Below are positions 1-9,817 of a stretch of DNA of 64,000 bases, in pieces. The DNA is from a virus. Position numbers and translations under genes: made by a program. The stretch spans positions 1 to 64,000 of IMG/VR virus record IMGVR_UViG_3300025581_000001, one strand, 5' to 3'. Numbering within the stretch: position 1 is the stretch's first letter; the number at the start of each line of letters is the position of its first letter. The notes beneath the pieces were generated by a model. The model had not been told where the DNA came from and did not search any database. It worked only from the letters and a program-made list of their open reading frames with translations.

Positions 1-2
1 CT

Positions 3-284
3 GGCGGCGCGATAAGGGAAGAGCCGGGGATGGTGATATGGGTCTGTATCTACGTCCCACGCTCTACGATTGACCTGATTGGGCTGATGGACGAGCGTTT
101 TACTGGCTACGGCTTTGACGATGATGATTATTGTCTTCGGATTCGCAAGGCCGGACTGAAGATAGGCATCGATGATTCCTGCTTTGTCGACCATCTTGCG
201 CTGCCTTCGTTCTGGCGTAAGCGGGACGTATCGGCGGACATGGAATCGAACCGTGTCATCTTCGAAGAGAAGTGGAGAACATGA
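3..284 (+). CDS. Glycosyltransferase family 2, C-terminal part (5' truncated by window edge)
   Basis: IGLMDERFTGYGFDDDDYCLRIRKAGLKI...VDH is the typical GT2 C-terminal motif; frame open from base 3. Confidence 0.8.
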   Translation, partial: GGAIREEPGMVIWVCIYVPRSTIDLIGLMDERFTGYGFDDDDYCLRIRKAGLKIGIDDSCFVDHLALPSFWRKRDVSADMESNRVIFEEKWRT

Positions 285-958
285 TTCCGGTCTATATCCC
301 GACGTTCAACAACCCGACGTATGTGCGCAGCATGCTGCGCCAGCTGCGCGGACTGGGCTTCGATAGCATCACACTTGTCGATAGTGCTTCGACGTATGGG
401 CCGATGCTGGCGCTGCTCGACGGTGCGCGCAGCGACGGTTGCTTAATTATCCGGCAAGCCGTGAATTGCGGTCCGCATTTATACTGTGGCGACTCGTTGT
501 TCAACTCGTTTCCCGAGTTGTTCGTGCTGACCGACCCGGACTTGGAGTTCAATGCAAAGCTCCCGGCCGATTTTATCGAGTGCCTTGTTGACTTGACCGA
601 GCGATTTACGATTGGCAAGGCAGGGTTCGCGCTCGACATTTCAGACCCCGGCAGCATGCGGCAAGAAGACTTTGTTCTGCCACGCGGGCGTGAGAAAATC
701 TGGACGTGGGAGTCGCAGTTCTGGAAGTCGCAGGTTGGTGATGTGAACGGCAATCCGGTGTACCGCGCTGTGATTGACACGACGTTCGCTGTCTACAACA
801 AGAAGTTCTTTACGCTGTTGAATCACGAGGATGCGCTGCGCGTCGGCGGCGAGTACACGTGCAGGCACTTGCCGTGGTACCAAGAGAGCATCGTGCCTGC
901 CGAGGAGATGGATTTCTACCGAGAGCACGCGACGGTTTCGTACTACGGACTGTCATGA
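281..958 (+). CDS. Glycosyltransferase family 2-like protein
   Basis: IPVYIPTFN, LVDSAST, FVLTDPD (DxD), IDTTFAVY, HLPWY motifs. Confidence 0.75.
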   Translation: MIPVYIPTFNNPTYVRSMLRQLRGLGFDSITLVDSASTYGPMLALLDGARSDGCLIIRQAVNCGPHLYCGDSLFNSFPELFVLTDPDLEFNAKLPADFIECLVDLTERFTIGKAGFALDISDPGSMRQEDFVLPRGREKIWTWESQFWKSQVGDVNGNPVYRAVIDTTFAVYNKKFFTLLNHEDALRVGGEYTCRHLPWYQESIVPAEEMDFYREHATVSYYGLS

Positions 959-977
959 CAAAACAAGGAGAATCGCA

Positions 978-1193
978 ATGGCGAACATCGAACTGATTGC
1001 GGAACTACAAGCTGTACACGATGCCGGGGCTGCTGCTTGGAAGGGCTTGTCTTCGGTGTCGCCCAAGGTGCGCATCATGCTACGTAAGGCGGAGTACATC
1101 AGCTATCCGTCGGTGCCGAGACTGGGCATTGATAATAACATCGTGGCCCTGTCGCAGACCGCCATCAACCAGCTGACTGCGAACAACTGGTGA
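978..1193 (+). CDS. Hypothetical protein
   Basis: ATG preceded by AAGGAG; 71 aa. Confidence 0.55.
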   Translation: MANIELIAELQAVHDAGAAAWKGLSSVSPKVRIMLRKAEYISYPSVPRLGIDNNIVALSQTAINQLTANNW

Positions 1194-1321
1194 CAAAGGA
1201 AATGCCACCGATATTACCGTCGGTGGCCAGCGGAACCCTTGGCAGGTCAATTTCGCTTATAGCACAAAGGCACTATTAGATGCAAGCAAAAAGGTAAGAC
1301 TCTTCGATTAGGAGCAACGCG

Positions 1322-2710
1322 ATGGACTTGACTGCGACCATGCAACTGAACACCCGCGAGCCGCTGCAGACGCCCGCGATAAAGCAAACCACGGCGACGG
1401 CGCGCACCCTGCTGCGCCATTTGCCGGACGACAAGCGGCTGCGCGAGGGCTTCGCATCGCGTGACTTCACTCTGTGCGAGGTCGCCATCGGCAGGCTGGC
1501 GGTGGTGGAGAAGCGCGACTTGCTGGCATCTACCGAGCGGGCGACAGCGCCCATCGTGGTCGACGTCAACAAGCGGCGCGTGGGCCGCGCTCCCACTGGC
1601 TTTGTGCCCAAGGTGGTCGTTATCGAGGGTACGTCGCGGCTGGCGGCAGCACGCAAGAGTGGGGCACTGACTGTGCTGGCGTGGGTAGGCGCGTCGGCAT
1701 TGCTGGAACTGGGCAAGCACGCGAAGGTGGTGCGGCAGAAGGCAGAGGTGTCACCACCGAGCAAGCGGGGTGGCGAACTGGAGAGCGCGATGCTCTACTC
1801 GGCTGGAGGCGGCATGGGCTCGACCGGGACTGGTGGGCTGGGCAGCGCGTCGTTGCAGTACGGTGGCACGATGGACAAGATGGGCATGAAGGCGGCGGTG
1901 AAGCGACCGGCGGGGCTGCCGAAGAATCCGGCGGATGATCTTAAGTCTGCTGGAACGAGTGAAGGTGCGAAGAAAGCGTGGGATACGCGAGGTCGTGGCA
2001 GGACGAGTCAGACCGGTCATCCGGCGATTGAAAACTACAATCGTGTTCGGCAGTCGGAATCTGAAGAGCATCTGAAGACGCCGCAGGGAAATGCTGAGCG
2101 GTTGCAGCGAAATGCTGATCGTATTGACCCTCGTGTTGACCCTCGTGGGAAAGATTACGGTTACAAGGAAACGCATCCTTCGTGGGGAGGGCCAGGCAAA
2201 GATCCGCAGTATGGTAAGAAGATTGGAATGAAGGCAGGCATCAAGGTGCCGAAGAACCCCGCCGACGATCTGAAGGCACTGGGTGGCTTCGGGCTGCCAC
2301 CGGGAGTCAAGAACGTGAAGCGGGTGCCCAAGTTCGGTAACCCGATGAACACGCCGAAGATTCCAGCGAGGGTAAGCGCACCGGGAGCAGGCGGGATGCG
2401 GGCTGCGATGCCGAACGCGATTCCGAATCCGTCAGTGGGCTCGGGCGCAGGCCCTCGAGTGCTGGACGCCGAGGCCAAGCGGGTGGCCAGGATAGTCACC
2501 AAGTACAAGCGCGACCTGAAGGCGGGCAAGGTCTGCACCCTGAGCGACGACATGATGGGCTCCGCGCCTCCGGGCATGGAGCACACGGTCATGGGACTCA
2601 AGAAGCACTTTCCAAGCGGGAGCAGTTCGCCGTTCGCGCTTGCGTGGCACATTCACAACCAGCAGAAAGGCATGAAGGCGTGCAGCCAGACTGACGCGGT
2701 GGTGAAGTAA
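1322..2710 (+). CDS. Putative internal virion protein: degenerate ParB-like N-terminus, one GTSEG..KKAWDTRGRGR tag, Gly/Lys/Pro-rich linkers
   Basis: PIVVD...VVIEGTSRLAAARKSG..V.AWV resembles ParB/Srx; tag at about 1949-2002; PKNPADDLK occurs twice. Confidence 0.55.
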   Translation: MDLTATMQLNTREPLQTPAIKQTTATARTLLRHLPDDKRLREGFASRDFTLCEVAIGRLAVVEKRDLLASTERATAPIVVDVNKRRVGRAPTGFVPKVVVIEGTSRLAAARKSGALTVLAWVGASALLELGKHAKVVRQKAEVSPPSKRGGELESAMLYSAGGGMGSTGTGGLGSASLQYGGTMDKMGMKAAVKRPAGLPKNPADDLKSAGTSEGAKKAWDTRGRGRTSQTGHPAIENYNRVRQSESEEHLKTPQGNAERLQRNADRIDPRVDPRGKDYGYKETHPSWGGPGKDPQYGKKIGMKAGIKVPKNPADDLKALGGFGLPPGVKNVKRVPKFGNPMNTPKIPARVSAPGAGGMRAAMPNAIPNPSVGSGAGPRVLDAEAKRVARIVTKYKRDLKAGKVCTLSDDMMGSAPPGMEHTVMGLKKHFPSGSSSPFALAWHIHNQQKGMKACSQTDAVVK

Positions 2711-3222
2711 TGCCGTACTCGAAGCCGGGAATCCAGAGGACGAGGCTGCCCAAGCCGGTGAAGCACGTCAAGTCGGCGCTGGAGCATGTGCATGCGCGTG
2801 CGCTGCAAGAGAACACGCCGGTACCGCAGGGACGTCCAGCGGTAACCGAGCGCTTCCGCAGCATTATGGGCAGTGGAATCCAGACCGAGGTGCAGCACGC
2901 CAAGGGCACGACGTTGGTAAGAACTTACGAAGATCGGACGTCAGAGGTGTTTGCATACGGCACCAGCGAGGGCGTGAAGAAAGAGTGGGACGAGCGAGGT
3001 CGTGGTGAGCACAGTGAGCCACCGAAGTATAAGCCTCCGAAGGGGCCGAGAATGACTCGACCAGGAGCCAATCGAGATTACAAGAGTCACGGCAACAAGG
3101 TGACCTACAACCTCAAGTGGCATTTTGACCGGATGACGCAGCTTATGAAAGAGGGACTGACGAAGGACGAAGCATCTTCACAAGCGATGCGCGAAATGAA
3201 AATAACACCTCGTACACTATGA
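2710..3222 (+). CDS. Basic protein carrying the GTSEG tag
   Basis: AYGTSEGVKKEWDERGRG at about 2953-3006; translationally coupled to the upstream gene (TAATG). Confidence 0.6.
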   Translation: MPYSKPGIQRTRLPKPVKHVKSALEHVHARALQENTPVPQGRPAVTERFRSIMGSGIQTEVQHAKGTTLVRTYEDRTSEVFAYGTSEGVKKEWDERGRGEHSEPPKYKPPKGPRMTRPGANRDYKSHGNKVTYNLKWHFDRMTQLMKEGLTKDEASSQAMREMKITPRTL

Positions 3223-3272
3223 AGAAGAAAGTCTAGTAGCAAAATTTGTATCATGTATTGAGAGGGCAAACT

Positions 3273-4433
3273 ATGGCCACGCTACGCGGTTACATCGACG
3301 GAACAGGAATCATCGCTGCGACTTCCAAGGACGAGCGGGACGACAAGGACGACAGCGTGGTTCATCACCTCAAGAAAGCTGCGGTCGCTAAGGTCAAGTA
3401 CGACGTGGCCAAGGCCAACTTGGCGTCGAAGATGGCTCCCATGCAGCACATGACTCAGTTGGTGCAGCAGATGCACGGGCCGAACCCGCAAGACCCCAAC
3501 GACCCGTTCCAGAACCCGTACCAGCAGCAGGGTGAAGATGGGCCGGGTGGAGTAGGGCAGGGCATGGAGAACCAGGACGACCTGTCGCGCACCGGCGCGA
3601 TGAAGAAGCCAATGCCGGGAGGCGTCGACAACTACATGAAGAAGGGGCCGATGGGCAACCAGCCGGGCAAGCCGCAGGATGACGGCAACAAGCGGCTGCA
3701 GACGCCTGACAGCCGCATGGCGCAGGGCAAGCCGCAGCAGCGCTCGACGTCGGGCAACAAGCCGCCAGGCAAGCAGACGCAGCCGACCGAGGGCAAGCCT
3801 GTGAAGAAAGCTAAGAAAATCAAGCTGGAGATTTCCGACGACAAGATGTCGGCTGAGGCAATCAAGAACGGGATGAAGCGGTGCAAGACCTGCAAGAACT
3901 TCTTCAACCCAGTGCATCCCAAGGCTGGCAAGAGGCACTGCCCGGATTGCAAGCAGGGTTCAATGCAAGCCTATGGCACGAGTGATAGCGTGAAGAAGGC
4001 GTGGGATACTCGTGGACGTCGTGGGCCATCGCCTCGACCCGCGCAAGGGTCTCGTGAAGTAGAGCGCGCATATGGCAAGACTCCTGTGGGCCGCAACAGG
4101 CCAATGGACGAACTGCGGCGACTTTCAACAACCGTGACTGATAAAGGTGCGATGGGATTTCTGAAGCGGAACCAGAAGGCGTTTGAATCATCGCGACCTT
4201 ATCAGCGTGATGCTGACCCAGTGGGTTTGATTAAGCGTGGGGTGAAAGCATTGGCAGAGACCACTCGACGCGGTAAGAAGGTTAAGACCACCGGCGACTA
4301 CCACGACAACGCCGGAGTCTCGATGCCGACCGTGGGCATCGGGCTGTCGGCCACTCGAAAGAAGATGAAGGCGTTCGGCAGGAATGAGCACCAGGAGATT
4401 GGCAAGCGGAACTTCCCGCCGCGAGGGTTCTGA
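3273..4433 (+). CDS. Low-complexity protein with a CxxC..CxxC zinc ribbon and the GTSEG-type tag
   Basis: CKTC...CPDC followed by MQAYGTSDSVKKAWDTRGR; SD-like GAGGG before ATG 3273. Confidence 0.6.
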   Translation: MATLRGYIDGTGIIAATSKDERDDKDDSVVHHLKKAAVAKVKYDVAKANLASKMAPMQHMTQLVQQMHGPNPQDPNDPFQNPYQQQGEDGPGGVGQGMENQDDLSRTGAMKKPMPGGVDNYMKKGPMGNQPGKPQDDGNKRLQTPDSRMAQGKPQQRSTSGNKPPGKQTQPTEGKPVKKAKKIKLEISDDKMSAEAIKNGMKRCKTCKNFFNPVHPKAGKRHCPDCKQGSMQAYGTSDSVKKAWDTRGRRGPSPRPAQGSREVERAYGKTPVGRNRPMDELRRLSTTVTDKGAMGFLKRNQKAFESSRPYQRDADPVGLIKRGVKALAETTRRGKKVKTTGDYHDNAGVSMPTVGIGLSATRKKMKAFGRNEHQEIGKRNFPPRGF

Positions 4434-5248
4434 TGAAGGTGCTGTGCACATTCAGCGGGCGCTATGGTGACATACTCTGGTCATTGCCAGCAGTGCGCGA
4501 GATAGCCAAGCGCGAGGGCGGCCCGGTCGACTTCGCCATGATGCCGCAGTATGCCAGTCTCGTTCCACTGCTGGAAGCACAGAGCTACATCGCTAGGGCG
4601 TTCCCCATTGCTGAGTGGAAGTTGGAAGGTGAATCATTTGGGTGCCAGCCGTGGAAGAGCCCGGATTTCGAGGGGCGGGGCAAGTACGACAAGGTGATCG
4701 ACTTGACGTACCGGCAGCACCCGCACGGCAGGCACCTTGCACAGTGGATAGCCCGCGACGCCGGGGTCAGGCTGCCCGAGCGTCCGTCGCCGTTTATCGA
4801 GATAGTGAATGCCAACTTCGTGCCGTCGGAGCATTGTCGAGCCATCGCGTGGGGATTCAATCCTTACGAGCACGAGCGGAAGATGAAGTTTCTCACTGAA
4901 CTTGTAGGAGCATTGGATGGCTTCCTCTTTATAGAGACCACGAACATAGCGTGGTCGTCGGCAGCCGAAATCATCAAGCGGTCAGTGTGCTTCGTAGGCT
5001 GCCGCAGCAGTAACTATGCGCTGGCACATGGCATCGGCCAGAAGGTCGTCACGTTTGAGCCACACCCGGCGCGGACGGGCTGGACATTTGCATGGCCCTA
5101 CGGAACTGAGTTTGACGCGACCACAGCGTCGCCGGAAGATTCAGCTGAGCTTGCAGCGGGGATGATTAACGTATGGCAGGAAGGACAGGGAAAATGGGAC
5201 TCTTATCACCAGCGCCGGGAGAATGCTACGACCGGCTTGCAATTGTAA
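4433..5248 (+). CDS. Glycosyltransferase family 9 (heptosyltransferase-like)
   Basis: GRYGDILWSLPAV N-terminal motif, YDKVIDL, FVGCRSSNYALAHGIG. Confidence 0.7.
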   Translation: MKVLCTFSGRYGDILWSLPAVREIAKREGGPVDFAMMPQYASLVPLLEAQSYIARAFPIAEWKLEGESFGCQPWKSPDFEGRGKYDKVIDLTYRQHPHGRHLAQWIARDAGVRLPERPSPFIEIVNANFVPSEHCRAIAWGFNPYEHERKMKFLTELVGALDGFLFIETTNIAWSSAAEIIKRSVCFVGCRSSNYALAHGIGQKVVTFEPHPARTGWTFAWPYGTEFDATTASPEDSAELAAGMINVWQEGQGKWDSYHQRRENATTGLQL

Positions 5249-5790
5249 GGTTGAAGATTGCATTTTGCACCGAGAAGAAAGAGTTCAAGTTGCAGTTGCA
5301 GTTCGAAGCCGAGATGCTGGAGTTGCTCGACTGCCTGAACCGCAGGTGGCAAGCACTCGACTTCGAAGCTGCACCTTTGCTGACTGCTTCGAAGCTGAAC
5401 AAACAGTTTGTGCAGTTCGCAGCGCTGGAGAAAATCCACAAGCAGCTTTGGGACTTGGAGTCGGAGCGGCGGAAGCTGATGCGGATTCCGACCGAGGGTG
5501 GCGCAAAAGATTGGTATTATCAGATGATCGGACGCAACGCCGAGAAGACGACGCTGCTCAACGACGAGCGGCAGAGGCTCATCACCGAAGTGAACGCAGC
5601 CTTTGGCGTTAACGGTACCGAGAAGCTTTATGCGCTGGAGTGCGATGGGCAGTTGTGCGCAGGCTGTGGCAAGCGGACGGGGTGGATATGTCCCTTCTGC
5701 ACGCTTAAGAAAGTTTGGCTGTGCGAGAGCGAGGAGTGCCGCGAGAAGCACGAGGCTGAAGGTTGCGCCCGCAAAAGTGTGAATGTATGA
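5194..5790 (+). CDS. DUF6165-like helical protein with a C-terminal Cys-rich zinc finger
   Basis: SPAPGECYDRLAIVRLKI...LWDLES.RR...LNDERQRLI.EVN...EKLY pattern, recalled for a family often found beside glycosyltransferases. Confidence 0.55.
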   Translation: MGLLSPAPGECYDRLAIVRLKIAFCTEKKEFKLQLQFEAEMLELLDCLNRRWQALDFEAAPLLTASKLNKQFVQFAALEKIHKQLWDLESERRKLMRIPTEGGAKDWYYQMIGRNAEKTTLLNDERQRLITEVNAAFGVNGTEKLYALECDGQLCAGCGKRTGWICPFCTLKKVWLCESEECREKHEAEGCARKSVNV

Positions 5791-5990
5791 GAGAGGAGGA
5801 ACACCATATCGCAATTCCGGTAATCGATGTCAGGGAAGGTAATGTGCTGCTGCAGATTCTCGCCGAGTTGCGAAAGCAGACGGTCGAGATGAATGAGCAG
5901 ACGAAAATTTTTCAGCGCATTTGGGGTCAGATAGACCTTAAGTTGGCTGGTTTCAAATTCACAATTACACCGATTGACAAGGAGACAAGC

Positions 5991-6323
5991 ATGGCAAATC
6001 TTCAGATTATCCGTGGCGGCAAGGGAGTAAAAGTTGTAGCTTCCCCCGTCAATCCCGAGGGTGGAATAATCCCTCTTCCGGCAGGCGAGACATTGGCCTG
6101 GACTTCGAGCGACACAGCCAATTCCCCCATCACCCAGGACTTGACCAACGACCCGACCGGTTTGACCGGAATCGGTGAAGCAGTCGGTGACGCGGTTGGA
6201 GTCGTGTTCACGTTGACTGGCACCGGAACTGATGGCTCGGTCATCAGCGACCCGGCCCCGCCGATTGACATCATCGAGGACACCAAGCTCGGTGGTTTCA
6301 AGTTCGACGAGACCTCGCTGTAG
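5991..6323 (+). CDS. Small beta-rich (Ig-like) protein; an in-frame upstream start at 5787 is possible
   Basis: AAGGAG SD before ATG 5991; LAWTSSD motif; Gly/Thr-rich strands. Confidence 0.5.
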   Translation: MANLQIIRGGKGVKVVASPVNPEGGIIPLPAGETLAWTSSDTANSPITQDLTNDPTGLTGIGEAVGDAVGVVFTLTGTGTDGSVISDPAPPIDIIEDTKLGGFKFDETSL

Positions 6324-6350
6324 GGCCAGTAAGAAGATGTCGAAAATCTA

Positions 6351-6377
6351 AAGGCTGGGGATGGCTCCAGCCTTTTT
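6351..6377 (+). terminator. Rho-independent terminator
   Basis: AAGGCTGGGG-ATGG-CTCCAGCCTT hairpin followed by a T-run. Confidence 0.7.
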
Positions 6378-6394
6378 CAAACAAAGGAGTGTGT

Positions 6395-6613
6395 ATGACA
6401 TTAGCAGCGCTGATTACGTTTGTCATCGGGCTGTTCTTGTTTGCGATTGTCGCGTTCGTTCTGTGGTGGATTATCTTCTCTTTGGCTGCGCCGCTGTGGG
6501 CGAAGTTGCCAGCGAACGCAATCGTGGCTGCCAAGGTGATTTTTGCCTTGGTTCTACTGCTGATTTTTGTGATGTGGGTTTATGGTGGTATGCAGTTACC
6601 ATTCCATCGATAA
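6395..6613 (+). CDS. Small two-TM membrane protein
   Basis: Two long hydrophobic stretches; AAAGGAG SD. Confidence 0.6.
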   Translation: MTLAALITFVIGLFLFAIVAFVLWWIIFSLAAPLWAKLPANAIVAAKVIFALVLLLIFVMWVYGGMQLPFHR

Positions 6614-6628
6614 CTTAAGGAGGCTAGA

Positions 6629-6967
6629 GTGAAAGCCAAGAAGAAGAAAAAGTCTGTACGCAAAGCCAAGATCACGACGACTGCTGCCGATATGGTCAAG
6701 AAGGCAAACGTCATCGTGCTCAAGAAGAAGCCTGCAGCGGGGGAGGTGCCTCCGCAAGTTGAGAAGATCGTCGAAATTTTGGAGCAGAGGGGTGGGGAGT
6801 TGCCGGAACACGAGTTGCTTCCGTTGTTGGGGGAGGAACTTCCCTCCAGCGACATTCCATACTCACACACTGCTCGCAGCGAGCCGACGCTGTGGGAGTA
6901 CTGGCGTGGCAAGTTGGAGGACATGGGAATCTTGTCGGTCAAGACAAATGAACGAACGGATGAATGA
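6629..6967 (+). CDS. Hypothetical protein (basic N-terminus, possible winged helix)
   Basis: AAGGAGG SD before GTG; 112 aa. Confidence 0.55.
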   Translation: MKAKKKKKSVRKAKITTTAADMVKKANVIVLKKKPAAGEVPPQVEKIVEILEQRGGELPEHELLPLLGEELPSSDIPYSHTARSEPTLWEYWRGKLEDMGILSVKTNERTDE

Positions 6968-7103
6968 GATCGACCGCTGTATGGCGGAGCTTGAGTGGAT
7001 ACGCGTGAATCGGCACGCGTATCCCGAGGAGCAGCCGGGGCTGCAGATAGGTGAGTGCGACTGGCTGGCCGAGTTGCACAGTTTGCTCTACGAGGATGCA
7101 TGA
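6960..7103 (+). CDS. Small hypothetical protein
   Basis: Fills the gap between overlapping neighbours. Confidence 0.4.
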   Translation: MNEIDRCMAELEWIRVNRHAYPEEQPGLQIGECDWLAELHSLLYEDA

Positions 7104-8053
7104 GAATCTGCCTTCTAACTTCGAGCGACGAGCGTTGCGGTGTGGCTGTCTACGGGCAGCATCTGATGGTCGCTCTGCCCGAAGTCAAGTGGACGGTGAT
7201 TGGGCACCGCGAATGGCTGGGCGTGCTGCTTGATGAGTTTGATTTGGTGGTTGTCAATTATGAGCCGGGGTTGTTCCCAGCGCTCATGCCAAGGCGGGCT
7301 TTCGTAAAAGGCCAGAAAACAATCCTCATCATGCACACTTCACATGCCGGTGACAATCATAACTGGTTGACCCATCAGTTCAACCGGGTGGTGGTGCATG
7401 AGCCGACGACCGAGGGTTTTGACTTCATTCCGATGGCGACGCCTGCGCCGTTGACCAATGATGAGCTTGTGGAGACAGCCGATATGCGGCGTATCGGATT
7501 CAGCTTTAAGCTGGGCACAGTCGGCTTCCCATTTCCGTGGAAGGGCTTCGATGAAGTTGCAGACGCCGCGAAGATGATGGGTGGGCATGCGTTGGTCATC
7601 GCGCCGAAGTCGGAGCACAAGGGCGCAGACTGGCTGGGCAACGCCGAGCGGCTGCGGGCCAAGGGTGCGTTCGTAGCGACTAAGTGGATGGATGAGCGTT
7701 ATGTGCTGAAGATGCTGAATTGCTGCGACTGCATCGTGTTTGCTTACCACGGGTGCAACCCTGGCATCAGCGGCGCGGTTAGGTTGGGGCTGGCGTGCGG
7801 CAGGCCGGTGGTGGTAACCAAGTGCCGGATGTTCCGCGACCTCGAAGCCTACGCTGACGAGATCGGGGTTGCAGAGTCACCATCAGCACAAGATATCTAC
7901 AATGCAGTTGAGAAGATGGTGACAGAAGAGTGGAAGCTGCCCAAGCGGGTGCTGGCCGAGACGAACTGGGAAGTAGTTGGAAGGAAGTATCTGGAGTTGT
8001 TCAATGGATGCATACAAGGAGATTCACGAATGCCGAGTCTGCCGGTCGCGTGA
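7100..8053 (+). CDS. Glycosyltransferase, GT-B fold (GT4-like)
   Basis: CGVAVYGQHL, GFPFPWKGFDEV, ISGAVRLGLACGRPVVVT, NWEVVGRKYL. Confidence 0.8.
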   Translation: MRICLLTSSDERCGVAVYGQHLMVALPEVKWTVIGHREWLGVLLDEFDLVVVNYEPGLFPALMPRRAFVKGQKTILIMHTSHAGDNHNWLTHQFNRVVVHEPTTEGFDFIPMATPAPLTNDELVETADMRRIGFSFKLGTVGFPFPWKGFDEVADAAKMMGGHALVIAPKSEHKGADWLGNAERLRAKGAFVATKWMDERYVLKMLNCCDCIVFAYHGCNPGISGAVRLGLACGRPVVVTKCRMFRDLEAYADEIGVAESPSAQDIYNAVEKMVTEEWKLPKRVLAETNWEVVGRKYLELFNGCIQGDSRMPSLPVA

Positions 8054-9314
8054 CCTGCAGTCGGTGCTGTCGCTCGGCTTGCAGAAGGTCGCCGACTTCG
8101 TGCTGAACCCCGGCGACCCCAAGAAGCCGAGTGCACCGCTGGAGCTTGTGCTTTGCCCGCAGTGCCGCCTGCTGCAACTGCGCCATACCGTAGACGCCGG
8201 GACGCTGTTTACTCAGAACTGGCATCGCTGCATATCTGACACCCACAAAGCAGCGCTGCAAGGCGTCGTCGATGCGGTTGGACAGCACGTCGATGTGCTG
8301 CCGGGAGATGCAGTGCTGGACGTGGGCACTAGCGATGCTACTCTGCTTGGTCTGTACCACAAGCACATTATTACCTGTGGCATTGACCCATCGCAGCAGA
8401 TCATGTCTGAGGCTGCGCTGAAACATGCTAGCTATGCTGCTCGTTCTTTCTACAGTCGTCAGGTTATCGAAGGATTGGTCAAGCGAGCAGGCAAGCCGTT
8501 CAAGGCCATCACCGTGGTCGACGCCTTCGACTGCCTCGAAGACCCCATCGCCTTTCTGCAGGACATGAAGGCGATGCTACCCGACGACGGCGTGTTGCTC
8601 ATCCAGGTCAACTACCTCGCGACTATGCTAAAGAACAACGCCGCCGATGCTATTTACCACGAGCGGCTGGCCTACTACTCGTTCAAGTCGCTGGAGTGGG
8701 CATTGAGCCGGGTAGGTTTTGCAGTGGTGGATGCTGAGGTCGACCCGACGTGGTTGCGACTGGTGGTGAAGAAGGCCCCGGCGCAGCGCGACGATTACCT
8801 TGATGGCGCGGTCGAGCGTATCCGCGAGGTGTTGGAGGTCGAGCAGAAGCTGCTGCTGGAGAACGTGGCGACCTATTTGCAGTTCGGGCGGCGGGTGAAG
8901 CAACTGCTGGAGAAGGTGTCCATCTATGTGGTGCAGCAGACATTGAAAGGCAAGAAGTGCTATACGCTGGGGGCATCGAGTCGTGGTGGTACGCTGCTGC
9001 AGTCGGTGCCTATTCCGTTATCGGGCATTGCCGAGCGTGACGATGCCAAGGTTGACCATTGGTTCACGGCGACGTGGTTGCGAGTGCATGATGAGGAGTA
9101 CGTGCGCGGGCGGGCCGACATCATGCTGGCGCTGCCTTGGTACCTGCGCGACGAGATTGTGGCCCGCGAGCATGAGTGGCTGGCGAAGGGAGGCACACTG
9201 CTGTTCCCACTGCCGAAGCCAGTGCTGGTGGACAAGGACGGCGAGCACGAGGTGGTGAACGAACCTTTGAAGATGCTGCGCAAGCAGAGCCTGGTGGCGG
9301 TGAGGCACGCATGA
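8004..9314 (+). CDS. NDP-sugar C-methyltransferase-like SAM-dependent methyltransferase
   Basis: N-terminal CRVC...PLELVLCPQCRLLQL zinc domain, VLDVGTSDATLL, IYHERLAYYS, LGASSRGGTLLQ, LALPWYLRDEI. Confidence 0.85.
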   Translation: MDAYKEIHECRVCRSRDLQSVLSLGLQKVADFVLNPGDPKKPSAPLELVLCPQCRLLQLRHTVDAGTLFTQNWHRCISDTHKAALQGVVDAVGQHVDVLPGDAVLDVGTSDATLLGLYHKHIITCGIDPSQQIMSEAALKHASYAARSFYSRQVIEGLVKRAGKPFKAITVVDAFDCLEDPIAFLQDMKAMLPDDGVLLIQVNYLATMLKNNAADAIYHERLAYYSFKSLEWALSRVGFAVVDAEVDPTWLRLVVKKAPAQRDDYLDGAVERIREVLEVEQKLLLENVATYLQFGRRVKQLLEKVSIYVVQQTLKGKKCYTLGASSRGGTLLQSVPIPLSGIAERDDAKVDHWFTATWLRVHDEEYVRGRADIMLALPWYLRDEIVAREHEWLAKGGTLLFPLPKPVLVDKDGEHEVVNEPLKMLRKQSLVAVRHA

Positions 9315-9700
9315 AGGAGAGAAAGATTATGAAACGTCAGAAGGATTTCACATACAACCGGCATCCGCCGAGCCCGACAGAGAGGCTGCAGAGGACGGTG
9401 GTCGACTTTTCCAAGCTGCTTTACAGCGACGAGATTGGGAATGACAAGCCTGCCCTTATCGGCGAACACGTGGTGATGGGGCTGTACGAAGCGAGCATAG
9501 GGCTGCACGAGCTTCGCAAGGTGCTGATTCACTTTGAGGAGACGTATGTGAAGCAGAGCAAGGATGCATCTCAGCAGCAGAGAGAGATGTTTCAGGTGTT
9601 AACTGCTGCTCTTAAGCCACCAGTGCCGATGCCGAAAGTTGGGTTGTGGGGCCGTATCAAGTGTTGGTATTTGCGGAGAAGGAAGCTGGTGCGTGTCTGA
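9311..9700 (+). CDS. Hypothetical protein
   Basis: Coupled to the upstream stop (ATGA). Confidence 0.5.
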   Translation: MKERKIMKRQKDFTYNRHPPSPTERLQRTVVDFSKLLYSDEIGNDKPALIGEHVVMGLYEASIGLHELRKVLIHFEETYVKQSKDASQQQREMFQVLTAALKPPVPMPKVGLWGRIKCWYLRRRKLVRV

Positions 9701-9817
9701 ATGCTGCGTAGAATGGCCGAATTTCGCGCCACGTTTAGCTACAAACGCTTTTCGGGTCGTAAACGCGCTATGGTGCAACCATGAATATTCAATCGCTTAC
9801 AGCGCAAAGGAAGCTCC

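Noticed and set aside
6395-6613. Holin call for the two-TM protein
   Set aside because: No adjacent endolysin recognised; topology alone is insufficient
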